Part shown: positions 51,533 through 61,014 of the stretch, piece by piece
Layout: every line of letters starts with the position of its first letter
Position numbering within the stretch: position 1 is the first letter of the stretch
Source: Gemmatimonadaceae bacterium
GTDB lineage: Bacteria > Gemmatimonadota > Gemmatimonadetes > Gemmatimonadales > Gemmatimonadaceae
Reading direction: 5' to 3'
Assembly (NCBI GenBank): GCA_036274195.1
Contig: DASUGD010000178.1
Coordinates: 1-61,014 of the forward strand
Length of the DNA stretch: 61,014 nt
Notes under the pieces: generated by a model
Seen by the model: only the letters and a program-made list of their open reading frames with translations
Databases searched by the model: none
What the model was told of the DNA's origin: nothing
Program-made: the position numbers and the translations under genes

Positions 51533-53311
51533 TCAGCGCGGGATCGGCACCAGCCCTGGAGTGATGCGCGTTTCGCTCGCGCCATTGCCCAACTGACCGT
51601 ACTTGTTGCTGCCCCAGCAATAGATGCTTCCATTCGCGACAACGCCGCAGACGTGACCGAAGCCAACGCTGATCGCGGTGAAGACGTGGCCGCCCACCAC
51701 CGCGCCGGGCCGAGTGTCGTCGGCGATGTCGTGCTGGCCGAGCGCCTCGGATTCCCGTCCCCAGCACAGAGCCGCGCCGTTGTCGGTGAGACCGCACGTG
51801 ACGCTGCGACCCGTCCCTCTGTTGACGCTGATGGTGCGAAACCGGTGGCCGCCGGCCACGGCTCGAGGTACGAGAGAGCTCCTGGTTGTTCCGTCGCCGA
51901 GCTCTCCCGATTCATTGTCCCCCCAACAATACCCGGCGCCGGTGGTACTGACTCCACACGTGTACAGGTTGCCCGCGCTGAGGGCGGAGAAGCGCAAGGC
52001 GCCGCCGACAGCGACAGGCCGCACGTGCGCCGTACTGTCCCCATCGCCAATCTGGCCCGATCGACCGGCGCCCCAGCAGTAGGCGCGGCCGTCGGTCGAG
52101 AGCGCGCAGCTATGGTCGAGCCCTGCGCTCACCGACCGGAACGTCAGGTTCGTCGCCACCTTGACCGGCGTTAGGCTCGCCGCCTTCGACCCGTTCCCCA
52201 GCTGTCCGTCGTCGTTCTCACCCCAACAGTACGCCGCGCCCGCGGTGGTGACACCACACGCGTGCGCAAACCCGGCAGTCAACGACGAGAACTTGAGATC
52301 ACCCGCAACGGCAACCGGTACGCCACGGTCGGCAGCGTCGCCCGGCACGGGCCCGGCGCCATCGTCAGGCTGCGCGTTTCCCCAACAGTACGGAGCGCCT
52401 GACGTGGTGAGCGCACACGCGAACGACCAGCCGGCGCTCACGCTCGCGAACCTCTGCTCGGTCGAGACGGGTACGGGGGAAAGGCTGCTGCCTCGTGTGC
52501 CGGTGCCAAGCTCCCCGTGTTCGTTGTCGCCCCAGCAGAACGCGGCGCCATCGCGGCGCAGCGCACAGGAGAATCCAGATCCCGCGCTCACGACCTCCGG
52601 CTCGGCGAGCGCAAAACGTCCGCGCAGCGCCACAGGGAATCGCCACGCCTCGAGCCGAGCGATCGCCTGCGTGATGCTGCGCGCCGTCGCGTCCGGCGGC
52701 TGCACGTTGAGCAGCACGCCGACGATCTCGCGCCGCTGGTTGAGCAGCGCGCCGCCAGAGTGTCCCGGGCTGACCAGCGTCGTCTCGAACGTGAGCAGGC
52801 TGTCGCTCGTGGACGAGATGGGTGCGGGTGCGACGTTCGTGCCCCACGGTCTCCCCTGCGGGTAGCCTAACGCGAAAACGCCATCACCGCGCGACAGCGA
52901 TGACGGTGAGCCCAGGCGATCGAACGGGATACTCGCGACGTCGATGCCGGCTGCCTTCACGCCCGGGATGGTCAGCACCGCCAGATCCAGCTTCGCGTCG
53001 AACGCCGTCGTCAGCGTCGCTCTCACGGGCTCTCCCGGCAAAGAGCGCAGCTCGACACGAATGTCGGTCGCTTCGTCGGCGCCACGTCGCACCACGTGAC
53101 TCGCCGTCACGACGTACAGCCGGTCGTTCGCCGCGCCGAAGATGATCCCTGCCCCGATGCTCTCCCTGCCATCGAGGTTGCAGCGAATCATCACGACGAG
53201 CTGCTCGGTCTCGCCCGATTCGCCCTGGGAAGCGAGTGGCGCGGCCGCGAGGGTTGTCGCGAGCAGCGCGCCGGCCATCGTCAGGGCACGGCGGAGCGGC
53301 GACCTGGTCAT
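51533..53311 (-). CDS. Trypsin-like serine peptidase domain fused to RCC1-repeat beta-propeller, secreted
   Basis: Start trimmed to MTRSPLRRALTMAGALLATTLAAAPLASQ. Protease motifs VVTASHVV and SPGHSGGALL. About 7 RCC1 repeats (CWGDNEHGELGTG, CWGNAQ.., CWGENDDGQLGNG, CWGAGRSGQIGDG, CWGDNESGELGDG, CWGRESEALG.., CWGSNKYGQLGNG). ATGA overlap with the upstream gene. Confidence 0.85.
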   Translation of the reverse strand: MTRSPLRRALTMAGALLATTLAAAPLASQGESGETEQLVVMIRCNLDGRESIGAGIIFGAANDRLYVVTASHVVRRGADEATDIRVELRSLPGEPVRATLTTAFDAKLDLAVLTIPGVKAAGIDVASIPFDRLGSPSSLSRGDGVFALGYPQGRPWGTNVAPAPISSTSDSLLTFETTLVSPGHSGGALLNQRREIVGVLLNVQPPDATARSITQAIARLEAWRFPVALRGRFALAEPEVVSAGSGFSCALRRDGAAFCWGDNEHGELGTGTRGSSLSPVPVSTEQRFASVSAGWSFACALTTSGAPYCWGNAQPDDGAGPVPGDAADRGVPVAVAGDLKFSSLTAGFAHACGVTTAGAAYCWGENDDGQLGNGSKAASLTPVKVATNLTFRSVSAGLDHSCALSTDGRAYCWGAGRSGQIGDGDSTAHVRPVAVGGALRFSALSAGNLYTCGVSTTGAGYCWGDNESGELGDGTTRSSLVPRAVAGGHRFRTISVNRGTGRSVTCGLTDNGAALCWGRESEALGQHDIADDTRPGAVVGGHVFTAISVGFGHVCGVVANGSIYCWGSNKYGQLGNGASETRITPGLVPIPR

Positions 53312-54321
53312 TCCGGCTTCCGCCACCACTTCCGAAACGTCGTGACGACGCCGAACATGTAGAGCGCCGTACCCCACAAGAGCGAGAGCCCCTGACGCTG
53401 CCGGAGCCAGTCGAGCATCGTCGGCATGAGCGAGCGCGGATGGTCGCCCGCGCCAGCACGCAACTCGCGAACGTCACCCTGAAAGGTCGCGGCGATCCCG
53501 TCGTCGCGCAGGTCGAGCGTCAGGAACGTGCCGCTCGCCCCGCCGAATCGCAGCATCTCTCCTGGCCGAAGCTTGCGCTCGGTACCACCAACCGACTCGA
53601 AGAAGACGGAGCCGGAGAGAACCGTGGACACCGGCCGCACGAGCGGGCGGTCTGCGTCCTGATCGTTCTCGACCCGATAGAGCTGAAGGTCGCGCGCCTC
53701 GATCTGCTGCCATCGCGGCGCGCCGGCGGTGGGCGCCAGCGTCAGGTCGAGGTCCAGCGCGCTCGTCGTCCCGGTGAAATCGACCGGACGTGGCGCCCGT
53801 AAGGTTGTCGTCAATGGCGGCGCATTCCCTGGCGCGATCGAGACCGTTCCCATCACATCCGCATGCAGCGTGACAGGCGCAGGCGCGGCGGAACGAAGCG
53901 AGAGTCGATACTGGCGCGGCAGGTCCGTGCGGGACAGCCACACGTGCGTTCCGGCCGGCACTACGATCCGGTCGACCACGATGCTGCCTCGTTTTCCGTC
54001 TTTCGCGCTGTCGACCGCGATCCGAACGGCCGGTATCCCGCCCTCCTCGTGCACCACTTCTTCAGGAAGGCGCACGCCTTTCAGTCCGGCGACGCCGATC
54101 GCCGTCACGTCGAGCGGACGATTGAGCGGCTGCTCGACCGCGGAAACGAAGCCGATGCCACTGAACGAGCCGTTGAATTCGATGGTGGTTGTCGGAACGC
54201 GCGTGAAGAGCAGCACGCTCGCCACCACGAGCGTGACCGCGAAGATCGTGGCCGGGAGCCAATGATTCGGACGAGGCGAGGCGGCCGGAACTGCTGTCGG
54301 TTGACTGCTGGGTGCTGTCAC
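53308..54321 (-). CDS. Hypothetical membrane-anchored protein (single N-terminal TM, large extracytoplasmic domain)
   Basis: 337 aa. HWLPATIFAVTLVVASVLLF TM segment. Stop/start overlaps with both neighbouring genes. Confidence 0.65.
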   Translation of the reverse strand: MTAPSSQPTAVPAASPRPNHWLPATIFAVTLVVASVLLFTRVPTTTIEFNGSFSGIGFVSAVEQPLNRPLDVTAIGVAGLKGVRLPEEVVHEEGGIPAVRIAVDSAKDGKRGSIVVDRIVVPAGTHVWLSRTDLPRQYRLSLRSAAPAPVTLHADVMGTVSIAPGNAPPLTTTLRAPRPVDFTGTTSALDLDLTLAPTAGAPRWQQIEARDLQLYRVENDQDADRPLVRPVSTVLSGSVFFESVGGTERKLRPGEMLRFGGASGTFLTLDLRDDGIAATFQGDVRELRAGAGDHPRSLMPTMLDWLRQRQGLSLLWGTALYMFGVVTTFRKWWRKPE

Positions 54322-55127
54322 TGATTGCCGCGCGCAGATGGCGAGCCTGGATGAAACAGGAAAAACTCCGAGGTCAATGACCCGCCGCGCTTGCGCGTCG
54401 CGCCGATGCGCACGTAGTAGAAGCCTCGGGCCGCGAGCGGCTCGAGCGTGATGTCGATCGCGCGCTCGGCAGGATAAAAGCCGTACGCGAGATTTTCGTC
54501 GCGCTGGAGATACTTCACGGGCTTCCCATCGGAGCCGGTGGTGGCGAGCGTGATGAACACGTCGTTCAGCTCCACATTCGACCAGAGGGCGAGTCGGTAT
54601 CGTGTCGAGCGGGCGGGCGGCTTGTGCCGACCAATCCGCAAGGGCACGAGAACGTCGCGGCGTTCACCACCGAGCATTGCCGAAGCCGACCCGGTCACGC
54701 CGATGTCGGCGTTGCTGATTCGAAGGGCTTGCAGAACGTCGGCGGGCCAGAGGTAGGAGCTCGCCGCGATCGGCGTCGCCGTGTCCATCCTGTAGAACAG
54801 CCCTGGCTTGATCGAATATGCGCGCAGCCTCACGGCCTCGCCGTCCGGCGGCGTCCACTCGACGCGGAGCGGAAGCGACGACGTGTCATCGATGGTCTCG
54901 AAGCTTTCCACCAGCGAAGCCACCAGGAGATCGGAGCTGCCGCTGACCTCCTGGGCATAGACGCCTTCGCACCGGTCGCCACGCTGGCGATATCGCAACG
55001 GGTCGCTCTCGCGCGTCTTGAGCGAGTCGCAGGCGACGACAACGTTAGGCGTGAGGCGGCTGGAGCCGGGTGCCTGGACGATCAGGGCGAGTCCGAGCAG
55101 GCAAAGGCTGGACGGTATTCGCAGCAT
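54318..55127 (-). CDS. Hypothetical secreted protein
   Basis: Start trimmed to MLRIPSSLCLLGLALIVQAPG (signal peptide). First gene of a 3-gene overlapping operon on the minus strand. Confidence 0.6.
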   Translation of the reverse strand: MLRIPSSLCLLGLALIVQAPGSSRLTPNVVVACDSLKTRESDPLRYRQRGDRCEGVYAQEVSGSSDLLVASLVESFETIDDTSSLPLRVEWTPPDGEAVRLRAYSIKPGLFYRMDTATPIAASSYLWPADVLQALRISNADIGVTGSASAMLGGERRDVLVPLRIGRHKPPARSTRYRLALWSNVELNDVFITLATTGSDGKPVKYLQRDENLAYGFYPAERAIDITLEPLAARGFYYVRIGATRKRGGSLTSEFFLFHPGSPSARGNQ

Positions 55128-55173
55128 GTGACACCTTACTTCTCTCGTCCCACAGCCGCCAGAGTGACACCTC

Positions 55174-56298
55174 ATGCGTCGACGTGATTTCGCCAAGCTC
55201 GCCGGAATAGCCGCAGTCGCGCCGCGAACGCTGGTTCGCGCACACAGTGAGCCGACTGGGATCGCGCGCGAAGGCGCGATCTGGCCGGGTTACGAGCGCG
55301 CCATTGCCATCGACTGCCTGGCGAGCCCCGGTCCGTTCAACACTCCCGGATCCACCGACAACCCGCTCACACCGGAGATGGTCGCGAACGCGAAGGCGTC
55401 AGGCATCACCGCCGTGAACCTGACCGTGAGCGCCAACACGTTCGCGGACACGTTCCGTACGATGGCGTACTGGGAGAACGAGCTGCAGGCGCATCCCGAT
55501 GTCCTGATGAAGGTCTATTCGCTCGCGGACATCCGCCGTGCGAAGGAGACCCGCCGGCTTGGGCTCATCTACGGGTTCCAGAACGCGACGATGCTCGAGG
55601 GCAACGTGACAAACCTCGACCACTTCCAGCGATTTGGCGTCCGTATCATCCAGCTCACGTATAACGACCGCAACATCCTCGGCGACGGCTGTCTCGAGCC
55701 GGCCAACGCGGGACTGAGCCGCTACGGACGCGACGTCGTTGCGCGCATGAACGAGCTTCGCATGGTGGTCGACCTGAGTCACTGCGGGCTCCAGACGACA
55801 TCCGATGGCATCGCCGCGTCCACTCGGCCGGTCGCGATCACGCACAGCGGTTGCCGAGGCGTGTTCGACCATCCGCGCAGCAAGACAGACGACATCCTGC
55901 GCGCCCTCGCGAACAAGGGCGGCGTGATCGGCATCTACATGATGCCATTCATCAACGCGCAGGGTCAGCCGGTCGCCGCGGATCTCGTCAGGCAGATCGA
56001 GTACGCCGTCAACGTGTGTGGCGAGGACCACGTCGGGATCGGCAGTGACCTCTCGATCACGCCGCACGTGGTGGATGCGGAGTACGAGGCGCGGCACCGC
56101 CGATTCGTCGAGGCCCGCAAGCAGCGTGGAATCGCCGCGCCGCGCGAGGAGGACTTCATGTTCGTCAAGGACCTCAACACACCGCGTCGGCTCGAGCAGA
56201 TCGCGGATCAACTCCTCGCGCGCAAGCACTCGCCGGCGCGCGTCGAGAAGATCATTGGCGGGAACTGGATGCGGCTGTTCGGCGAGGTCTGGGGCTGA
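55174..56298 (+). CDS. M19 family membrane dipeptidase (renal dipeptidase-like), Tat signal
   Basis: MRRRDFAKLAGIAAVA, then VVDLSHCG and AITHSGCRGV motifs of peptidase M19. Confidence 0.85.
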   Translation: MRRRDFAKLAGIAAVAPRTLVRAHSEPTGIAREGAIWPGYERAIAIDCLASPGPFNTPGSTDNPLTPEMVANAKASGITAVNLTVSANTFADTFRTMAYWENELQAHPDVLMKVYSLADIRRAKETRRLGLIYGFQNATMLEGNVTNLDHFQRFGVRIIQLTYNDRNILGDGCLEPANAGLSRYGRDVVARMNELRMVVDLSHCGLQTTSDGIAASTRPVAITHSGCRGVFDHPRSKTDDILRALANKGGVIGIYMMPFINAQGQPVAADLVRQIEYAVNVCGEDHVGIGSDLSITPHVVDAEYEARHRRFVEARKQRGIAAPREEDFMFVKDLNTPRRLEQIADQLLARKHSPARVEKIIGGNWMRLFGEVWG

Positions 56299-56762
56299 TG
56301 GACCGTCAGCGCGTCGGGCTTCGGCACGTCGCGAGCATTCCGGTCGCGGTCGTTCGCCGCCGCGCGAGCGCTGCTCGGCTGTCGACGCTCGTTCCCGAGT
56401 GCTGCGGCGTAGTGTGGCGCGCGGTGCAGGCGCAGAAGGAAACGGGCGCACAGGGTGGTCGCCACGTGGCGATCTACTGGGACGGGGACATTCGCCTCGA
56501 GGTTGGCGTGGAGTTGCAGGGCCCGTTCGCGGAGACGGGCGAGGTGGTTCGTTCCGCGACGCCCGCCGGGCCGGCTGCCTTTGTCACACACGTTGGACCT
56601 TACCATACGCTGGCCGCGGCGCACGATGCAGTCCGCCAGTGGTGTGAGGCGAACGGCTACCGCCTCGCTGGCCCGAGCTGGGAGATCTACGGGCACTGGC
56701 AGCCGGAGTGGGACGCGGATCCGCGGTTGATTCGCACGGACGTGTTCTACCAGATCGGCTAG
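56298..56762 (+). CDS. GyrI-like small-molecule-binding domain protein
   Basis: 154 aa. VGPYHTLAAAHDAVRQWCEANGY...WEIYGH, typical GyrI-like/AraC-effector-binding fold. Overlaps the upstream stop. Confidence 0.75.
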   Translation: MDRQRVGLRHVASIPVAVVRRRASAARLSTLVPECCGVVWRAVQAQKETGAQGGRHVAIYWDGDIRLEVGVELQGPFAETGEVVRSATPAGPAAFVTHVGPYHTLAAAHDAVRQWCEANGYRLAGPSWEIYGHWQPEWDADPRLIRTDVFYQIG

Positions 56763-56859
56763 CGGATCGGGCGGGAAGGATAGCTGACGGGTTGTTGGTG
56801 TCTGACAGAAATGGCGACGGACACGTCCCGCGTCGCGCCAGTCCGGCATCGCGTTAGGG

Positions 56860-57130
56860 ACGGTTGAAAGATGAGGAATCGCAGAACGCTTGAGAACGGC
56901 GCTTCGCGCCGCCGCAGAACGACACAGGAGACTGCTCGGCACCTCTGCCGCCGCGCGCAACGAGCCCGTTTTGAAGGGGAACAACCCCGGGACGCCAGTA
57001 TTCGCGTCCCGGGGCAGTTCACAAAGAAAACTGGCGCGTTGCGAGAGGAGCCCGGCTCCGCAGGCGGAGCGCTTCTGCGGCCTTCTGCGGCGCCCGCGCC
57101 AGCGGGCGTTCTCGAGCGTTCTGCGGTCCC
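56860..57130. repeat. Structured intergenic region with inverted ccgcagaa / ttctgcgg repeats
   Basis: gccgccgcagaacgaca ... cttctgcggccttctgcggcgcc ... gcgttctgcgg. Lies between convergent genes. Confidence 0.7.
56985..57014. terminator. Perfect 11-bp hairpin ccccgggacgc-cagtattc-gcgtcccgggg
   Basis: Palindrome downstream of the GyrI-like gene and 3-prime of the convergent permease gene. No clear U-tract. Confidence 0.5.
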
Positions 57131-57162
57131 TCGTTATTGATCGTACGTGACCCGAGGCGAGC

Positions 57163-59595
57163 TCACCGCGGACGCAGCGCAATCGCCGGGTCGATCCGTG
57201 TCGCTCGACGTGCGGGGACGTATCCGGCCAGCACGGCGACAGCCGCCAGAACCGCGACCACACCTGCGTACGTCACGGGGTCCGACGAGCCGACATCGAA
57301 CAGGAGCCCACGAATCGCCCGCGTCGCCAGCCACGATACCGGCAAACCCACCGCGACCCCGACGAGCACCAGCACACCCGTCTCGCCAAAGACGCCCGCG
57401 CGCAGCCTCTCCGGCGTCGCGCCTAACGCCATCCGGATGCCAATCTCCTGGGTGCGCTGGCTCACGGAGTACGAGGTCACCGCATAGAGTCCCAGACACG
57501 ACAGCGTCAAGCCAAACGCGGCGAACCCCGCGACCAGCAGCACCGTGAACCGGCGCGCGAACACGGAGTGATCGACGAGCTCCTCCATCGTGCGGAACTC
57601 CACCACCGGCAGGCTCGCGTCCATTCGGCGTAGTGCCGCGCGAACGCCGGCCGCCAGCGCCGTGGACGGAATTGCCCCGCGGACGACCAGATCCACCGAC
57701 TGATAGTCGCCCGTCTGACGGATCGGCATGTACATCTCGGCGTCGACCCCGCGATCCAGCCCGAAATACCGCACGTCGCCGACCACGCCCACCACCCGGC
57801 GACTCGTCCGGCTTGCCTTCACGACGCGCCCGATCGGATCCTTCCCTGGCCAGAGTGCGCCGGCCAGCGTCTCGTTGATGATGATGACCGGTTCACTCGC
57901 GGAGTCGTCCGCCGCGGTAAACGATCGGCCGGCACGGACGGGGATCTTCATCGCCGCGAGGTAGCCCTCATCGACCATTCGCACGAGCGGCTGAATGCTC
58001 TGACCGGCGTTAGGCTCGATACCGTCTGCCGACGCGGTCCACCGACGCCAGCCGAAGTTGTCTCCGAGTGGGAGGGCGTCGGTGAGACCGAGCGCTTGGA
58101 CTCCGGGCATGGAACGAACCGCGCGCACCGCTGCCTCGAAGTAGAGAGTTCGCTCGGCGAACGTCGACCGGACGCGGGACGGATCCACGCGGACGGCTAT
58201 CAGGTTCTCCGTCGCAAAGCCCGGCTGCACATCGAGCACGCGCCCGAGGCTGCGAATGAGCAGGCCCGCGCCCGCGCAGAGGACACACGCCAGCGCAACC
58301 TCCGCCACGACGATCGTGCGCCGCGCCGCGCCTCCGCGCCGCGACGTGGACCCGCGACTCGCCTCGGCCAGCGCGACCGGGAGCGCATCCGCGGAGGTCT
58401 GAAATGCGGGAACGAGACCGAACACGACGCCCGTCACGACGGCCATCAGCGCCGCGAACGCGAGCGCCACGTGGTCGACGCGCACGTCGTGGAGGAGCGG
58501 AATGGTGGTGCCCTGCAGGCGCGACACGAGTGCGGTCGCCGTCATGGCGAAGAGGACCCCGACGCCGGCACCGGCGACCGAGACGACCAGACTCTCGGCG
58601 AGCATCTGGCGCATCAGATCTCCACGCGTCGCGCCTAACGCGGCACGGATCGCCATCTCACGCTGTCGGCGTGACGCGCGAACGAGCAGCAGATTGGAAA
58701 CGTTCGCGCAGACGAGGAGCATGAGGAACGCAACCGCACCGGCGAGGACGATGAGCGCGGACTGGAACCGTCCGCTGATGTGCTCGCGCAGGGTCGCCAG
58801 CCTCGGGTTGAAGCCGTTGCGGTAACTATCCTGGACCCTTCCGCTCTTGAAGCGCGACGCGATGACCGTGGCTTCCGCCTGTGCCGTTCGCAGGTCGACG
58901 CCGTGCCGCAGCCGGCCAACCAGCGCGAGCGTATTGCCCTGGCGGTTCGTCTCGGGACTCAACGGGAACGGCAGGAACAGATCGACACGGCGACCAGGAA
59001 TGAACGTCGCCTCGAAGTCGAAGGCCTCGGGGAGGACGCCGATCACCGTGACCGGCTTCCCGTCCAGGATGATCGATTTGCCAACAATGGCGGGGTCTCC
59101 GGCGAAGCGTCGCTGCCAGAACCGGTAGTCGAGCACGGCCGTCCCCGGCGCATTGAATCGGCTCTCCGACTCGTCGAAGAACCTTCCCGCGTGTGGCCTA
59201 ACGCCAAGCAGCGGGAAAAACGTCTGGGTGACCGGCACGCCGGTCAACCGTTCCGGCTCGCCACTGCCCGTCAGGCGAATGTCACCCGGGGCATAGAACT
59301 GAAAGAAGCCGGCAACGCCTTCGAGCGACCGACTCTGTTCCCGGAGCTCGACCAGGTTCACCACCTGAACCGTCTGTGCCGAGAGGTTTTCGGACGTGCC
59401 GTTGGCGATCCATACGAGCCGGTCGGGGTCCTCGAACGGGAGAGGCCGAAGCAGGAGCGCCTGACAGAGACTGAAAACGGTGGCGCTGGCTCCGATCCCG
59501 AGCCCGACGATCGCAATGCTGAACACCGCGGCGCTCCGGTCGAACCGCATGGACCGGAGCGCGTTGCGGACATCGTGGGCGACGTTCAGCACGAC
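57163..59595 (-). CDS. ADOP-family duplicated FtsX/MacB-like ABC transporter permease
   Basis: N-terminal DVRNALRSMRFDRSAAVFSIAIVGLGIGA is the ADOP signature. Two FtsX domains with 4 TM helices each. True start is probably a GTG near 59595 rather than the ORF-track start at 59736. Confidence 0.85.
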   Translation of the reverse strand, partial: VVLNVAHDVRNALRSMRFDRSAAVFSIAIVGLGIGASATVFSLCQALLLRPLPFEDPDRLVWIANGTSENLSAQTVQVVNLVELREQSRSLEGVAGFFQFYAPGDIRLTGSGEPERLTGVPVTQTFFPLLGVRPHAGRFFDESESRFNAPGTAVLDYRFWQRRFAGDPAIVGKSIILDGKPVTVIGVLPEAFDFEATFIPGRRVDLFLPFPLSPETNRQGNTLALVGRLRHGVDLRTAQAEATVIASRFKSGRVQDSYRNGFNPRLATLREHISGRFQSALIVLAGAVAFLMLLVCANVSNLLLVRASRRQREMAIRAALGATRGDLMRQMLAESLVVSVAGAGVGVLFAMTATALVSRLQGTTIPLLHDVRVDHVALAFAALMAVVTGVVFGLVPAFQTSADALPVALAEASRGSTSRRGGAARRTIVVAEVALACVLCAGAGLLIRSLGRVLDVQPGFATENLIAVRVDPSRVRSTFAERTLYFEAAVRAVRSMPGVQALGLTDALPLGDNFGWRRWTASADGIEPNAGQSIQPLVRMVDEGYLAAMKIPVRAGRSFTAADDSASEPVIIINETLAGALWPGKDPIGRVVKASRTSRRVVGVVGDVRYFGLDRGVDAEMYMPIRQTGDYQSVDLVVRGAIPSTALAAGVRAALRRMDASLPVVEFRTMEELVDHSVFARRFTVLLVAGFAAFGLTLSCLGLYAVTSYSVSQRTQEIGIRMALGATPERLRAGVFGETGVLVLVGVAVGLPVSWLATRAIRGLLFDVGSSDPVTYAGVVAVLAAVAVLAGYVPARRATRIDPAIALRPR

Positions 59596-59754
59596 TCCTC
59601 GCAGGTTTGAGCCGCGGAATTGGACAGCTCGTTCGCGGTGAAGGTTTCGGGTACTGCGGATGTGAACCGCGGAGGTCGCGAAGGTCACAGAGAACGACTC
59701 GGCGCTCCTCTGCGTTCTCTGCGAACTCCGCGGCAAAAAACGTCGTTAATCGAC

Positions 59755-60843
59755 CTAACGAGCCAACTCGGCCCCTTCGTCTGCCAACTCCGGTTCATCG
59801 GCAGCAAGCAGCTCGCGCACGCGCGGAATGACCTCGCGCCCGTAAAGCTCGATGCTGCGCATCATCTTCTCGTGCGAGAGCGTCCCGGCGCTGTACTTCA
59901 TGTCGAACCGCGCGAGCCCGAGCGCGCTCGACGTCGCCGCGATCTTCTTCGCCACCGTCTCGGGCGTGCCGACGTACAGCGACCCGGCCTCGATCTCGCG
60001 ATCGAACTCCAGTCGGCTCGTCGGCCCCCACCCCCGCTCGGCGCCGATGCGATTCCGCATCTCGCGCCACGCCGGCCACAGCTCCTCGCGCGCCTGTTGG
60101 TCGGTGTCTGCAATGTGACCGGGCGAATGCACGCCGATCGGAAGTGGCTCGGCGTCGACCTGCTCGAGCGCCCGATGGTACAGGTCGACGTAAGGCGCGA
60201 AGCGGAGCGGGTTGCCGCCGATGATCGCCAGCATGAGCGGCAGGCGATATCGCGCCGCTCGCACCACGGACTCCGGGCTGCCGCCCACACCGATCCAGGT
60301 CGTGAGGTGGCCGCTGGCAGTCGGTGGGTACACGCGCTTCGCGTCGAGTGGCGCGCGCGTTGTACCGCTCCACGTCACCGGCGTGCCAGCGCGATTCGCC
60401 TCGAGCAGCGCGGCGAACAGCTCGAGCTTCTCCTCGAAGAGCGTTTCGTACTGGTCCAGCGGATAGCCGAAGAGCGGGAATGACTCGATGAACGATCCGC
60501 GGCCAAGGATGACTTCGGCCCGCCCGTTCGACGCGGCGTCGAGCGTGGCGAAGCGCTGGAAGACGCGCACCGGGTCATCGGAGCTCAGCACCGTTACCGC
60601 GGAGCCGAGCCGGATGCGGCTCGTGCGGCCGGCGATCGCGGCGAGAACGACTTCGGGGGATGAGACGGCGAAATCGGCGCGGTGATGCTCGCCGACGCCG
60701 ATGAAATCGACGCCCAGCTGGTCGGCGAGGACCGCCTCGTCGATGAGATTGCGGATGACCTGGGCCTGCGGGAGGGGTCGACCGTCGGCGCCAAGCGTGA
60801 CGTCGCCGAACGTGTCGAGCCCGAGCTCGAGATATGGCTTCAT
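59755..60843 (-). CDS. LLM-class (luciferase-like) flavin-dependent oxidoreductase
   Basis: 362 aa. LGLDTFGDV...LGVDFIGVGEHH...RIRLGSAVTVLSSDDPVRVFQRFATLD is a typical LLM TIM-barrel signature. Confidence 0.9.
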   Translation of the reverse strand: MKPYLELGLDTFGDVTLGADGRPLPQAQVIRNLIDEAVLADQLGVDFIGVGEHHRADFAVSSPEVVLAAIAGRTSRIRLGSAVTVLSSDDPVRVFQRFATLDAASNGRAEVILGRGSFIESFPLFGYPLDQYETLFEEKLELFAALLEANRAGTPVTWSGTTRAPLDAKRVYPPTASGHLTTWIGVGGSPESVVRAARYRLPLMLAIIGGNPLRFAPYVDLYHRALEQVDAEPLPIGVHSPGHIADTDQQAREELWPAWREMRNRIGAERGWGPTSRLEFDREIEAGSLYVGTPETVAKKIAATSSALGLARFDMKYSAGTLSHEKMMRSIELYGREVIPRVRELLAADEPELADEGAELAR

Positions 60844-61014
60844 GTGACGAAATCTGTCGTGAGGATTCAGGCGGATGGCCGCGCAGCCCGCCGCGATGGT
60901 GAATCACCCATCGCGACGAGCTGCGATTTAGCGTCTCGGCCGTCCTGCTGGACTGATCCGTGAGGCGGTCGAATGGTTCCCGGCGGGGTCAGAGTCCTAA
61001 CCCATCATTCCAGC

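Noticed and set aside
59620-60483. 287-aa plus-strand ORF antisense to the LLM oxidoreductase and the permease 5-prime end
   Set aside because: No domain signal. The LLM gene is strongly supported on the minus strand.

Overview
This is a gene-dense, high-GC window of about 61 kb. The gene content (several Ser/Thr kinases, an ECF sigma factor paired with a kinase, TonB-dependent receptors with carboxypeptidase-regulatory domains, PD40 repeats, a PQQ dehydrogenase) is consistent with Gemmatimonadota or Acidobacteriota, which is a low-confidence guess. I support about 47 protein-coding genes from motif-level reading of the ORF translations. They include ileS (type-2 IleRS), a TrpRS-like gene, a NadR-type NMNAT/RNK, an NfeD-flotillin operon, a LamB-type porin, GH30, a CRTAC1/FG-GAP protein, a 7-heme cytochrome c, an S1 protease, a PQQ alcohol dehydrogenase fused to a cupredoxin domain, a kinase-BRCT fusion, and a translationally coupled ECF sigma / Ser/Thr kinase pair with a second partial paralogous sigma factor at the window start. 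Start coordinates that I adjusted are counted in amino acids from the ORF track; my direct base indexing can be off by 1-2 nt and disagreed with the track at one locus (ORF 54318..55196), so any start or hairpin coordinate read directly off the displayed sequence is approximate. I saw no rRNA, tRNA, CRISPR, transposase or integrase. Two sequence-level signals stand out beyond the genes. First, the 8-mer CGTTAGGC / GCCTAACG (core CGTTAGG) occurs about once per 0.9 kb in both orientations and in all reading frames, roughly ten times more often than the composition predicts; this resembles a DNA-uptake-sequence-like or other genome-wide functional motif, and one inverted pair of it forms a terminator hairpin that includes a stop codon. 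Second, many intergenic regions carry large hairpin elements built from inverted arrays of tandem heptamers (GCGACTG, GGGATGA, GGGGACT and others), including a (GCGACTG)7 microsatellite in a divergent promoter and a ~150 bp MITE-like repeat present twice.
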